In this document: positions 40,325 through 49,488 of the stretch, one piece after another
How positions within the stretch are numbered: position 1 is the first letter of the stretch
Layout: every line of letters begins with the position of its first letter
Assembly (NCBI GenBank): GCA_965198065.1
Contig: CBDAON010000004.1
Span: 2,208,001 to 2,272,000 of the forward strand
Direction: 5' to 3'
DNA length: 64,000 nucleotides
Source: Longimicrobiales bacterium
GTDB lineage: Bacteria > Gemmatimonadota > Gemmatimonadetes > Longimicrobiales > Gaopeijiaceae
Position numbers and translations under genes: made by a program
Notes under the pieces: model-generated
Seen by the model: the letters and a program-made list of their open reading frames with translations, nothing else
What the model was told of the DNA's origin: nothing
Database searches by the model: none

Positions 40325-42312
40325 TGGCTTGGGGTTCCGAGGCGCGCGCAGCATCGGCGGCCGGCACGACCGTAGCCCCCCAGGTCTACGGCGAGATGGA
40401 TCTCCTCCGTTTCACCACGGCCGGAAGCGTGGACGACGGGAAGAGTACGCTCATCGGGCGGCTCCTCCACGACACTAAGTCCATCTTCGATGACCAGATG
40501 GAGCAGATCGAGAGGGCGAGCCGCCGCCTCGGAGAGTCGGAGGTGAACCTCGCGCTCATCACGGATGGGCTGCGGGCCGAGCGAGAGCAGAAGATCACGA
40601 TCGACGTGGCCTACCGCTACTTCGCGACCCCCAAGCGGAAGTTCATCATCGCGGACACGCCGGGCCACGTTCAGTACACGCGGAACATGGTCACGGGCGC
40701 CTCCACCGCCGAGCTAGCCATTGTCCTCGTGGATGCGAGGAGCGGGGTGCTCACGCAGTCGAAGAGGCACGCGTTCATCGCCTCCCTGCTTGGGATTCCC
40801 CACCTCATCGTGGCGGTGAACAAGATGGACCTCGTGGACTATGCGGAGGAGGTGTATGAGAGGGTCCGGCACGATTTCGTCGAGTTCTCGCGGAAGCTCA
40901 CCGTACCGGACATCTCGTTCATCCCGATCAGCGCCCTCAAGGGCGACAACGTCGTCGAGTGGTCCAAGCGCATGCCCTGGTACGAGGGCGGCTCTCTCCT
41001 CCACAAGCTCGAGACCGTGAACGTGGGGTCGAGGAGGAACCACATCGACTTCCGCTTCCCCGTGCAGTACGTGCTCCGGCCCGACCAGACGTTTCGGGGC
41101 TACGCGGGCACGGTGGCCTCGGGCTCCGTCTCACCGGGAGAGGAGGTCTTGGTCCTGCCGTCCAGGCGAACCACCCGAATCCGCTCGGTGGAGACCTTCG
41201 ACGGCTCCCGGGACGAGGCCCGTGCGGGAGACGCGGTGGTCCTCACGATCGAGGACGAGGTGGACGTCTCGCGGGGCGACGTGATCGTGCGACGAAGGAA
41301 CGTTCCCATCGTCGGCGACCGCTTCGAGGCCTACCTCTGCTGGATGAGCGAGACGCCGCTCGAGATCGACCGCCCGTACGCGCTTCTTCACACGACCAAT
41401 CGCGTGCAGGCCCTCGTGGAGCGGATCGAGTACCGAGTGGACGTGGATACGCTCCACCGGCAGTCGGCGGACTCGCTCGAGTTGAACGAGATCGGGCGAG
41501 TCGGGATCACGACCTCGAAGCCGCTCTTTTTCGACTCGTATCGCGTGAATGTGCGAACCGGGAGCTTCGTGCTTGTGGATCTGCACTCGAACGTGACGGT
41601 TGCTGCGGGCATGATCCGGGGGGAGCCGGCGGCTGCGGACGAGGCCGAGGCCGCGCGGAGCGCCGCCGGGGTGGAGCGGCCCGTCTCGAGGGATGTGGTA
41701 TGGGAGAGCTGGAACATCCCCCGGGAGGAGCGGGAGGCGCAGACGGGGCACGGGGCCGCGGTCCTCTGGTTCACCGGGTTGCCGGGGGCGGGGAAGACCA
41801 CGATCGCGAGGGCCTTGGAGCAACGTCTGTTCGCACGAGGCGTACGCACTATGCTCCTGGATGGCGACCAGCTCCGGCACGGGCTCTCGGGCGACCTCGG
41901 GTTCACCCCTGGTGAGCGCACCGAGAACATCCGTCGGGTGGGGGAGGTGGCGAAGCTCTTCTTCGAGCAGGGAAGCGTCGTCCTCTGCGCGTTCGTCTCC
42001 CCCTACGCGAGAGGGCGGGACGCCGTGCGGCGGCTCGTTCCGGACGGCCGGTTCCTGGAGATCCACGTGCACGCGCCGGCGGAGGAGCTCCGGCGCCGGG
42101 ACCCGAAGGGGCTCTACCGGAAGGAGGAGAGGGGGGAGGTCGCGCCGCTCACCGGTGTGTCTGCTCCGTACGAGCGGCCGACGAGCGCCGAGCTGGACCT
42201 GGACACCGGGTCCGTGGGGGTGGACGAGGTGGTGGCGGTGGTGCTGGAGATGCTGGAGGGGAAGGGGATCGTCGGGCACCCCTCCGATGCTGGCAACCCT
42301 GGACCGGCGTGA
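40324..42312 (+). CDS. cysNC: Bifunctional sulfate adenylyltransferase subunit 1 / APS kinase
   Basis: TAGSVDDGKSTLIG, TIDVAYRYF, ADTPGH, NKMD; C-terminal WFTGLPGAGKTT, LDGD.LR, RRDPKGLY. Confidence 0.95.
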   Translation: MAWGSEARAASAAGTTVAPQVYGEMDLLRFTTAGSVDDGKSTLIGRLLHDTKSIFDDQMEQIERASRRLGESEVNLALITDGLRAEREQKITIDVAYRYFATPKRKFIIADTPGHVQYTRNMVTGASTAELAIVLVDARSGVLTQSKRHAFIASLLGIPHLIVAVNKMDLVDYAEEVYERVRHDFVEFSRKLTVPDISFIPISALKGDNVVEWSKRMPWYEGGSLLHKLETVNVGSRRNHIDFRFPVQYVLRPDQTFRGYAGTVASGSVSPGEEVLVLPSRRTTRIRSVETFDGSRDEARAGDAVVLTIEDEVDVSRGDVIVRRRNVPIVGDRFEAYLCWMSETPLEIDRPYALLHTTNRVQALVERIEYRVDVDTLHRQSADSLELNEIGRVGITTSKPLFFDSYRVNVRTGSFVLVDLHSNVTVAAGMIRGEPAAADEAEAARSAAGVERPVSRDVVWESWNIPREEREAQTGHGAAVLWFTGLPGAGKTTIARALEQRLFARGVRTMLLDGDQLRHGLSGDLGFTPGERTENIRRVGEVAKLFFEQGSVVLCAFVSPYARGRDAVRRLVPDGRFLEIHVHAPAEELRRRDPKGLYRKEERGEVAPLTGVSAPYERPTSAELDLDTGSVGVDEVVAVVLEMLEGKGIVGHPSDAGNPGPA

Positions 42313-43777
42313 ACGCTGGGCACTTGCGTCTACCGCGGCCCTGGCCGAGCCACACCCCCGGCTCGACGTCACATTCGTGGATCCCGTCGTGGCTCCCCCT
42401 CGCCGCACTCGTCTTTGCGCTTGCGGGATGCGAACAGGGCGTCCTCACGCCGGGGGGTGAAGTGGTGCGGACCGTCACGATCTCGCCCCTCGAGCCCAGG
42501 CTCGCGCCGGGCCAGGCGCTCCAGCTCAGGCCCTCGTCCACAACCGGCAGGGGCACCCCCTGCTGCGTGAGGCAGAGTGGTCGGTCTCCGACCTGGAGGT
42601 GGCAACCGTAGATGCGGGCGGGCTCCTTCAAGGCGTGAGAACGGGCGAGGCTGAGGTATCGGCGGCAGTCGAGGGCGTGATCGGTTCGACCAAGGTCATC
42701 GTGGAGCCAGCGCTCCCCTCGCCGTTCCCCGAGCACGTATGCGCCCTCTCGGGCACGGGACACATCTGGTGCTGGGGACGGGGGCCCGAGGGCGAGCTCG
42801 GCTCGGGGGCTGTGGCGTCCTCAGCGGTGCCGGTGCTAGTGAACGCCCCCCCTCCTCACATCGATGTGGCGGTCGGGAGCGCGCACACGTGCGCGATTCG
42901 GGAGGGAGGCCAGGCGGCCTGCTGGGGGAGAGGGGCCGAGGGTCAGCTCGGAAACGGAGCGCTCGACGAGGCGAGCGCTCCGGTGGTCGTGGAAAGCACG
43001 GTCCCCCTTCGGCGCATCGTGGCTGGAGAACGTCACACGTGTGCGCTTTCGCGCGAAGGGGAAGCTTACTGCTGGGGCTGGAACGCCTACGGTCAGATCG
43101 GAAACGCGAGCACGGTCGGGCAGTTCCTTCCGGCCCCCGTGGAGACGACTCTCCGATTCATCACGATCGCGGCCGGTGCGAGGCACACCTGCGCGGTCGC
43201 GCAGGATGGCTCCGCATGGTGCTGGGGGGAGAACGAATCCGGCCAGCTCGGCACAGGTGTTGATGGCGAGCCGTCTCTCCTGCCGGCTCGCGTGACCGGG
43301 TCCGTCGGGTTCCAGCGGATCTCCGCCGGGCTAGCCCACACGTGTGCGCTGACCGTCGAGGGGCTGGCGTGGTGCTGGGGAGCGGGCGAGCGGGCGCAAC
43401 GGGCGGACGGACACCTCGAGGACCTCGCAACGCCGGTGCGAGTCTCACTCGACATCCGCTATCAAGACATCTCGGCCGGCGCCCTGCACACGTGCGCAGT
43501 AGCGTTCGGCGGGGCCGCGTACTGCTGGGGAGAGGGACGGTCGGGCCAGATCGGGAACGGCGGCACGGTCCTGGTGGGGAACCCTACCGCCGTGACGGGA
43601 ACGGGGTGGATTTCCATCCACGCGGGATCCTCTCACTCCTGCGGGGTCCGTCAGGACCTGCGAGCCTACTGCTGGGGGTTCGGCGGATTCGGCCAGATCG
43701 GGAACGGGGAGCATGGTGTCTTTCCCCTACCCCAGCGGGTCCTGGGTGAGACGGATCTGATCCGGGTTGGATCGTGA
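42309..43777 (+). pseudogene. Lipoprotein with Ig-like (Big_2) domain and RCC1-like repeats; frameshift near 42530
   Basis: Lipobox LAGC; WS.SD..VATVD..GL; about 7 repeats of G..HTCA......CWG....GQLG. Confidence 0.8.
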
Positions 43778-44290
43778 CGTTCCTCAGGACCCAGCCCTGC
43801 CGCCCCGTCCCGATCGTCGCGGTGTCGGTGATCCTCCTGACGTCTTGCAAGGACGCCCTCACGTTTCCGACGGAGGGGACGCGCTGGATCCACGTCTCGG
43901 CCGGTGGCGCGCACACCTGCGCCGTGAGCGAGACGGGAAGCGTAGCCTGCTGGGGCTCGAACTCCGCCGGGCAGCTGGGTGTGGGTGGCGATGCGCGTGG
44001 GGTGAGCCGGCCCGTGCTCGTCCGGGGCGAGCGGTCGTACACGGATGTCGACGCAGGTGAGGCACACACATGCGCACTGGACACGGCTGGTGGGGCCTGG
44101 TGCTGGGGGCTCAATGATCGCGGACAACTCGGGGATGGCACGACTCAGAACAGGTCCCACCCCGTGCGTGCGGACGTCGGAGACAGATTCGTCCGTCTGT
44201 CCGCAGGTGGGGGTCATACGTGCGCGGTGGACGGGGCCGGACGAGCTATTTGCTGGGGCGACAACCGCTCGGGGCAGCTCGGCGGGAGGC
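43774..44290 (+). pseudogene. Second RCC1-repeat lipoprotein, truncated after about 3 repeats
   Basis: Lipobox LTSC; three copies of AG.AHTCA...CWG.N..GQLG, then the repeat pattern is lost. Confidence 0.78.
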
Positions 44291-44509
44291 CGGACTCCGC
44301 TGGCCCACGACGGTGCCGTGACGCTTCGGCGCACGGGCGGAGTCATCGAGGCGGACGTCCGCACGGACATCCGCCTGTCCGAGCTCACTATCCGGAGCGG
44401 TGACGAGCTCATGGTGCCCCGGCGCTCGTGGCTGGACCGCAACGTGGCGGCGACCGTCAGCGGGGGCGTGGCCATCTTCGGCATCCTCGTCGCGATCGCC
44501 CTTCGGTGA
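44280..44509 (+). pseudogene. C-terminal remnant of a putative SLBB/Wza-like polysaccharide export protein
   Basis: AGG.TP....VTLRR.G...IRSGDELMVPRRSWL..N plus C-terminal TM helix; GTGA-coupled to the chain-length regulator. Confidence 0.55.
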
Positions 44510-46080
44510 CGGATCCGGCGCTCGCGGGCGGCGACGCGCCCGCCCGACGGCTCGCGGGGGCCGTACGCGAGAGCTGGTGGGTCGTCGCGGGCGTGACGGC
44601 CCTCGTGGGGTTCGTGACGTTTCTCGCCCTCTTCCGGGTCACCCCGCTCTTCGAGGCCGTGGGCTCGGTTCGCATCGACCGCGAGGGGACGCCGTTCCGA
44701 GGGCTCGATGCCCTTGAGACGCTCGAGGTCCTGACCGGTACGACCGGGCCGGGCATCCAGACGGAGATGGCGGTCCTCAGAAGCCGCACGCTCGCGCTCC
44801 TCGTGGACGAGGAGCTGTCGATCCGCGCCCGGGTCGAGCGACCGATCGGCACGCCGCGCTCCCTCCTGTTCCGGGAGCTCCAGGTGGACCCCACCATTCC
44901 CGAAACCCAGATCGAGCTGGAGTGGGTGGGGGAGGCCTACCGGGTCGAGGCGGAACGACGGGAGCCTCCCGAGGTATGGCGGCCGTTCCGCCTGATCCCC
45001 TGGGTGGAGGCGGGCACCGCCGAGGTCCGGCCCGGCGAGGCGTTCGACGTGGCCGGAGTGCGGGGGGTGCTCACCGACGAGGCCCCCGATCTCGCGCCTC
45101 GGATCCGCGTAGCGATCCGATCCGACGAGGAGTTTTACGACGAGTACCTCCGCTTCCTATCGGTTCTGCGTCCAGCGCGCGAGGCGGAGCTCGTGGAGAT
45201 GCGGTTCCGAAGCCCCGACCCGAGTATCGCGCGGGATGTGGTCAACCGGCTGTCCGCCCGTTACATCGCGGACCGCCAATCGCTCCGCGCGAGGGAGGCC
45301 CGGTCCACGGCCTCCTTCCTGGCCGACCAGGTCGTGCGGGTGAGGGACGAGCTGGGCATGGCGGAAAACGATCTCCGTCGGTTCCGCGAGAGGGAGCAGG
45401 TGATCGCCCCCCTCGCGGAGGCGCAGGCCCAGGTGACACGGCTCACCGAGATGCGGGGGCAGAGGGACGTGACCGACGCCGAGCGGCGGGCGCTCGAGGG
45501 CCTGCTTGCGCAGATCGTCCAGGAAGACGCGGCGTCGCCGGGGGGCGCGTCGCCGTGGCGGCGCCTCATCGCCTTTCCGACCCTTCTCCGGAATGCCGCG
45601 ACGGCGGAGTTCCTGCGCCTCCTCGGGGAGCTCGAGAACGACCGCGCGGTCCTTCTCGAAACCCGGGCGCCGGAGGATCCCCTCGCGGTCCAGCTTTCCG
45701 GCCGGATCCGGGACCTGGAGGGTCAGCTCCGAAGCATGACGGAGACGTACCTCGCGGGCCTCGGGCGACAGGTCGCCTCGCTCGATGTCACGCTCGAGGC
45801 GTCGGGGGCGGAGCTGGACCGCATCCCGGCGGCCGACCTGGAGTTCGCCCGCCATACGCGCCGGGTCGAGCTTCTGAGCGAGGTGCTCACGGTCCTCGAG
45901 GTGCGGCAGCGCGAGGCCGAGATCCAGGCGGTCGTCGAGGACATGAGCGTGCAGGTCGTGGATGCCGCTCCGCTGCCTCTGGAGCCCGTGACCCCGCGGC
46001 CGTGGCTCTCGCTTGCCCTCAGCCTCCTCGTGGGAACGGCTCTTGGCACCGTGGGCGCGCTGATCCGCCAGGGGGCCTGA
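44506..46080 (+). CDS. Polysaccharide co-polymerase (GumC/Wzz/Wzc N-terminal type), no kinase domain
   Basis: Two terminal TMs, TEMAVLRSR, SPDPSIARDVVN, coiled coils, VVDAA..P..PVTPR. Confidence 0.85.
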   Translation: MTDPALAGGDAPARRLAGAVRESWWVVAGVTALVGFVTFLALFRVTPLFEAVGSVRIDREGTPFRGLDALETLEVLTGTTGPGIQTEMAVLRSRTLALLVDEELSIRARVERPIGTPRSLLFRELQVDPTIPETQIELEWVGEAYRVEAERREPPEVWRPFRLIPWVEAGTAEVRPGEAFDVAGVRGVLTDEAPDLAPRIRVAIRSDEEFYDEYLRFLSVLRPAREAELVEMRFRSPDPSIARDVVNRLSARYIADRQSLRAREARSTASFLADQVVRVRDELGMAENDLRRFREREQVIAPLAEAQAQVTRLTEMRGQRDVTDAERRALEGLLAQIVQEDAASPGGASPWRRLIAFPTLLRNAATAEFLRLLGELENDRAVLLETRAPEDPLAVQLSGRIRDLEGQLRSMTETYLAGLGRQVASLDVTLEASGAELDRIPAADLEFARHTRRVELLSEVLTVLEVRQREAEIQAVVEDMSVQVVDAAPLPLEPVTPRPWLSLALSLLVGTALGTVGALIRQGA

Positions 46081-46109
46081 CCTCCGGCCGGCGAGGCGGC
46101 AGCCAAGCG

Positions 46110-48131
46110 ATGTGTGGGATCGTGGGGACCTACGGGACTCCAGTCTCCGAGGAGAGGTGCGCGGAGGCGCTCCGTCGCCTACGACATCGTGGGCCTGACG
46201 ACGAGGGAGCCGACCGGAGCGGGGCCGGGGCGGCGGAAATCTGGCTCGGCTTTCGGCGGCTCGCGATCCAGGATCCGTCGCCGCGCGGCAATCAGCCGAT
46301 GATGGATCCCCAGGGCCGCCGCCGGATCGTGTTCAACGGCGAGATCTACAACGTCCGCTCGCTTCGGCGGGAGCTCGAGAGCCGCGGGCATCGTTTCCGT
46401 ACCACCACGGACACGGAGGTGCTACTCGCCGGGTAGACCGAGTGGGCTGAGGGGGTCCTCCCCCGGCTCGTCGGGATGTTCGCCTTCGCCGTGGCGGACC
46501 CTGTCGCAGGGGAGCTCTTCCTCGCTCGCGACCACTTGGGGATCAAGCCGCTTTACGTGCACGAGGGCCCGGATCGATTCGCGTTCGCCTCCGAGGTGAA
46601 GGCGATCCTTCCCCTCCTGGACGAGCGGCCGGAGCTCGATGTGGCGGAGGCCGCCAGGTTCTTCACGTTCCTCTGGGTCCCCCCCTCGGCCACGCTCCTC
46701 CGCGGGATCCGGTCGGTACCCGCGGGAGGATGGCTCCGCGTCGGGCCCGACGGGCTCCGCCAGGGCACGTGGTGGGAGCTTCCCGTCGCCGCGGAGGCGC
46801 CCGCGCGCCTGCGAGACTCCGACCGGGGACGGCCCGGCGGGCCAGCACTGGCTGATCGCCCAGCGGCAACGGGTCGCCCAGCGGGATCGGGTTACCCTCC
46901 GACCCTGGAAGAAGCGGCGGAGGAGTTGGACCACCTGCTCCGCGAGGCAGTCGGCCTCCAGCTCATCGGGGACGTGCCGCTTGGAGCGTTCCTCTCGGAT
47001 GGGGTGGACTCGACGCTCCTCGTCGCGCTCATGCGGGGCTTCGGCGATGCGCCGGTTCGCACGCACACTGCCGTCTTCCCGGCAGAGGACCGCGGGTGGA
47101 GGATCGAGGAAGACGACGCGCCGTGAGCGCGGCGAGCCCGGGAGCTCCTCCCCGGGCTGGAAGCGCACGAGCACGTCCTCGATCCGCAGGTCGCAGAGCT
47201 TCTTCCCCGGATCGTGTGGCATCTGGACGATCCGGTGGCCGATCCCGCGGCCCTCGCGACGCTCGTGATCTGCGAGGCGGCCCGTCCGACGACCACGGTG
47301 CTCCTTTCGGGGATCGGCGCGGAGGAGTTGTTCGCGGGCTACCCGCGTCATCGGGCCGCACTCCTCGGGGAGCACTACCAGCGGATCCCCCGCTGGCTCC
47401 GCGCCGAGGTAGTGGAGCCGCTGGCGGCGCGCCTTCCCGCCGGGCGTCCCGGCCGTCTCCTCGGCCCGAGCCGTAAGGCTCGGAAGTTCGTCCGGGGAGC
47501 CTCGCTCCCGTTCGAGGAGCGCTATCTCTCGTTTTCCAGCTACTTCGATGGAGCCGAGACGGCGGCCCTCGTGCCCGGGGCCGCCGGGATCGACCCGTGG
47601 GACCGGCATCGGACGGTGCTCGAGCGTACGCGCGGCCAGCACCCCCTCCGCCGGATGACCCATCTCGATCTCCTCACCTTCCTTCCCTCCCTCAACCTGG
47701 CGTACACAGACCGCGCGAGCATGGCCGCGTCCGTCGAGGTGCGCGTTCCGTACCTAGACCACCGGATCGTGGAGTGGTCACGCAGGCTCCCCGTCGATCA
47801 CCTGCTCGAGGGAAGCCGATCGAAGCGGGTGCTGAAGGCTGTCGCGGAGCGCTATCTGCCGAGGGACCTCGTGCATCGCAGGAAGGCGGGATTCCAGGCC
47901 CCGGTCCGCGCGTGGGTGAACGGGCCTCTACGTCCCATGATCCAGGAGCTCCTGAGCGAGGAGCGCCTCCAGCGAAGGGGGGTGCTCGAGCCCGGAGAGG
48001 TCGGCCGGATCGTAGACGCGACCTGGGCGGGGCGGGAGGACAACGCTCTCCGGATCTGGGCCTTCCTGACGTTCGAGATCTGGGCGACGACCTTCCTCGA
48101 CGGGGACGGCGCAGCGCCGGCGGCCGTGTGA
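46110..48131 (+). pseudogene. asnB: Asparagine synthase-like amidotransferase with in-frame TAG (46434) and TGA (47124)
   Basis: MCGIVG, HRGPD, FNGEIYN, DTEV, ARDHLGIKPLY, DRASMAASVEVRVPYLD, all in one frame across both stops. Confidence 0.88.
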
Positions 48132-48135
48132 CGGC

Positions 48136-49488
48136 GTGCGGAGATCCGGCGTGAGGACGGCTGGCACCCTCGAGCGGGCCGTTGCCCGCGATTATCTCTA
48201 CAACGTGCTGGGCCAGGGCGTGCCCCTGGCCGTCGCCCTAGCGACCGTGCCCCTCCTCCTCGGCGGGCTGGGCGAGGCCCGGTTCGGGATTCTCGGGCTC
48301 GCCTGGATGTTCGTGACGTTCGCGGGCGAGGTGGGATTCGGGCGTGCCGTGACACGCTACGTCTCCGCTGCCCGCGCCTCGGCCGGCGAAGCGGTGCGGG
48401 GGATCGTCCGCGCCGGGGCCCGCGCCCAGCTTGTCCTGGGTGTCGCTTTGGGCGCCTGCCTAGCTATGGCGACGCTCTGGCTCGCCGGGCCGGCGCTCGG
48501 GATCCCGTCGGAGCTCCAGGGCGAGTGTCGTGCCGCTTTTCTCTGGATGGCGGTCGGCGCCCCGGCCGTCCTGCTCGCCGGAGCCCATAGGGGCGGGCTC
48601 GAGGGCGTCCAGCGCTTCGACCTCGTGAACCTGATCCGGGGAGCCGCCGGGACCGCAAACTTCCTCCTCCCCCTCGTGGCGCTCGCGCTGGGGTGGGGAG
48701 TCGGCGGGGTCGTCGGGCTTCTCATGGCCTCGCGCGTCGCGCTCGCGCTCTTTGGGGCGTTCGACGCGGCCGTGCCGAGGGTGGACGCGACCGCCGCCAA
48801 AAGCCCCTCTGCGGCACCCGACACGGCCGTCGCTCCGGCCCTTCCGGAGCTCCTCCGGTTCGGCGGATGGGTAAGCCTGAACGCCCTCCTCTCCCCCATC
48901 CTTGGGTACATGGACCGGGTGATCCTCGCGGGGGTCTTGGGAGTGGCGGCAGTGGGCAGGTACGTGCCGCCCTGGGAGGCGATCGTCCGGCTCGGGCTCG
49001 TCCCCGCGAGCGTTATGACCGCTCTCGTTCCCGTGTTCTCGGCGCTCGAGGAAGCCCGGAGCACGGAGAGCGTTCGACGACTCGCGCTCAGGAGCGCGGG
49101 CTCGATCCTGGTCCTCACGGGGGTGCCCGCGCTGGCAGCCGCTCTATGGGCCGGGCCGCTCCTCTCCCTCTGGCTCGGGGAGGCGTTTCATCCCGACGGA
49201 GCGGCAGCGCTCCGGATCCTCTCAATCGGAGTCGTCGCGAACGCCCTGGGCTTCGTGGCTCTGGAGCTCCTCCAGGCGGTAAGGCGCCCCGAGCTCCCTG
49301 CGATGCTCCAGATCGCCGAGGTCCCACTCCAGTTGGGGCTCGCCTGGCTCCTGGTCTCCCGGTTCGGCGTTCAGGGCGCGGCCATGGCGTGGAGCATCCG
49401 TTGCGGGGTCGACTCCGCGGGACTGTGGCTTCTGGCGCTGTACCAGACCCGCAGGTCGCCGGCCCCGGCCGGGGGAAAGATCACGTGA
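48136..49488 (+). CDS. Wzx-type flippase
   Basis: YNVLGQGVP...LGEARFG, LLRFGGW, YMDRVIL..VLGVAAVG.Y; many TMs. Confidence 0.85.
   Translation: MRRSGVRTAGTLERAVARDYLYNVLGQGVPLAVALATVPLLLGGLGEARFGILGLAWMFVTFAGEVGFGRAVTRYVSAARASAGEAVRGIVRAGARAQLVLGVALGACLAMATLWLAGPALGIPSELQGECRAAFLWMAVGAPAVLLAGAHRGGLEGVQRFDLVNLIRGAAGTANFLLPLVALALGWGVGGVVGLLMASRVALALFGAFDAAVPRVDATAAKSPSAAPDTAVAPALPELLRFGGWVSLNALLSPILGYMDRVILAGVLGVAAVGRYVPPWEAIVRLGLVPASVMTALVPVFSALEEARSTESVRRLALRSAGSILVLTGVPALAAALWAGPLLSLWLGEAFHPDGAAALRILSIGVVANALGFVALELLQAVRRPELPAMLQIAEVPLQLGLAWLLVSRFGVQGAAMAWSIRCGVDSAGLWLLALYQTRRSPAPAGGKIT

Noticed and set aside
44506..46080. Truncated Wzc (lost kinase) as another lesion
   Set aside because: It ends cleanly after the second TM, as kinase-less co-polymerases do; cannot be called broken from sequence alone
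26479..47126. Stop-codon recoding (TGA=Trp, TAG=Gln/Pyl) to explain the in-frame stops
   Set aside because: TGA and TAG end many ribosomal genes at their expected lengths, TGG is used normally for Trp, and the affected locus also has frameshifts and deletions
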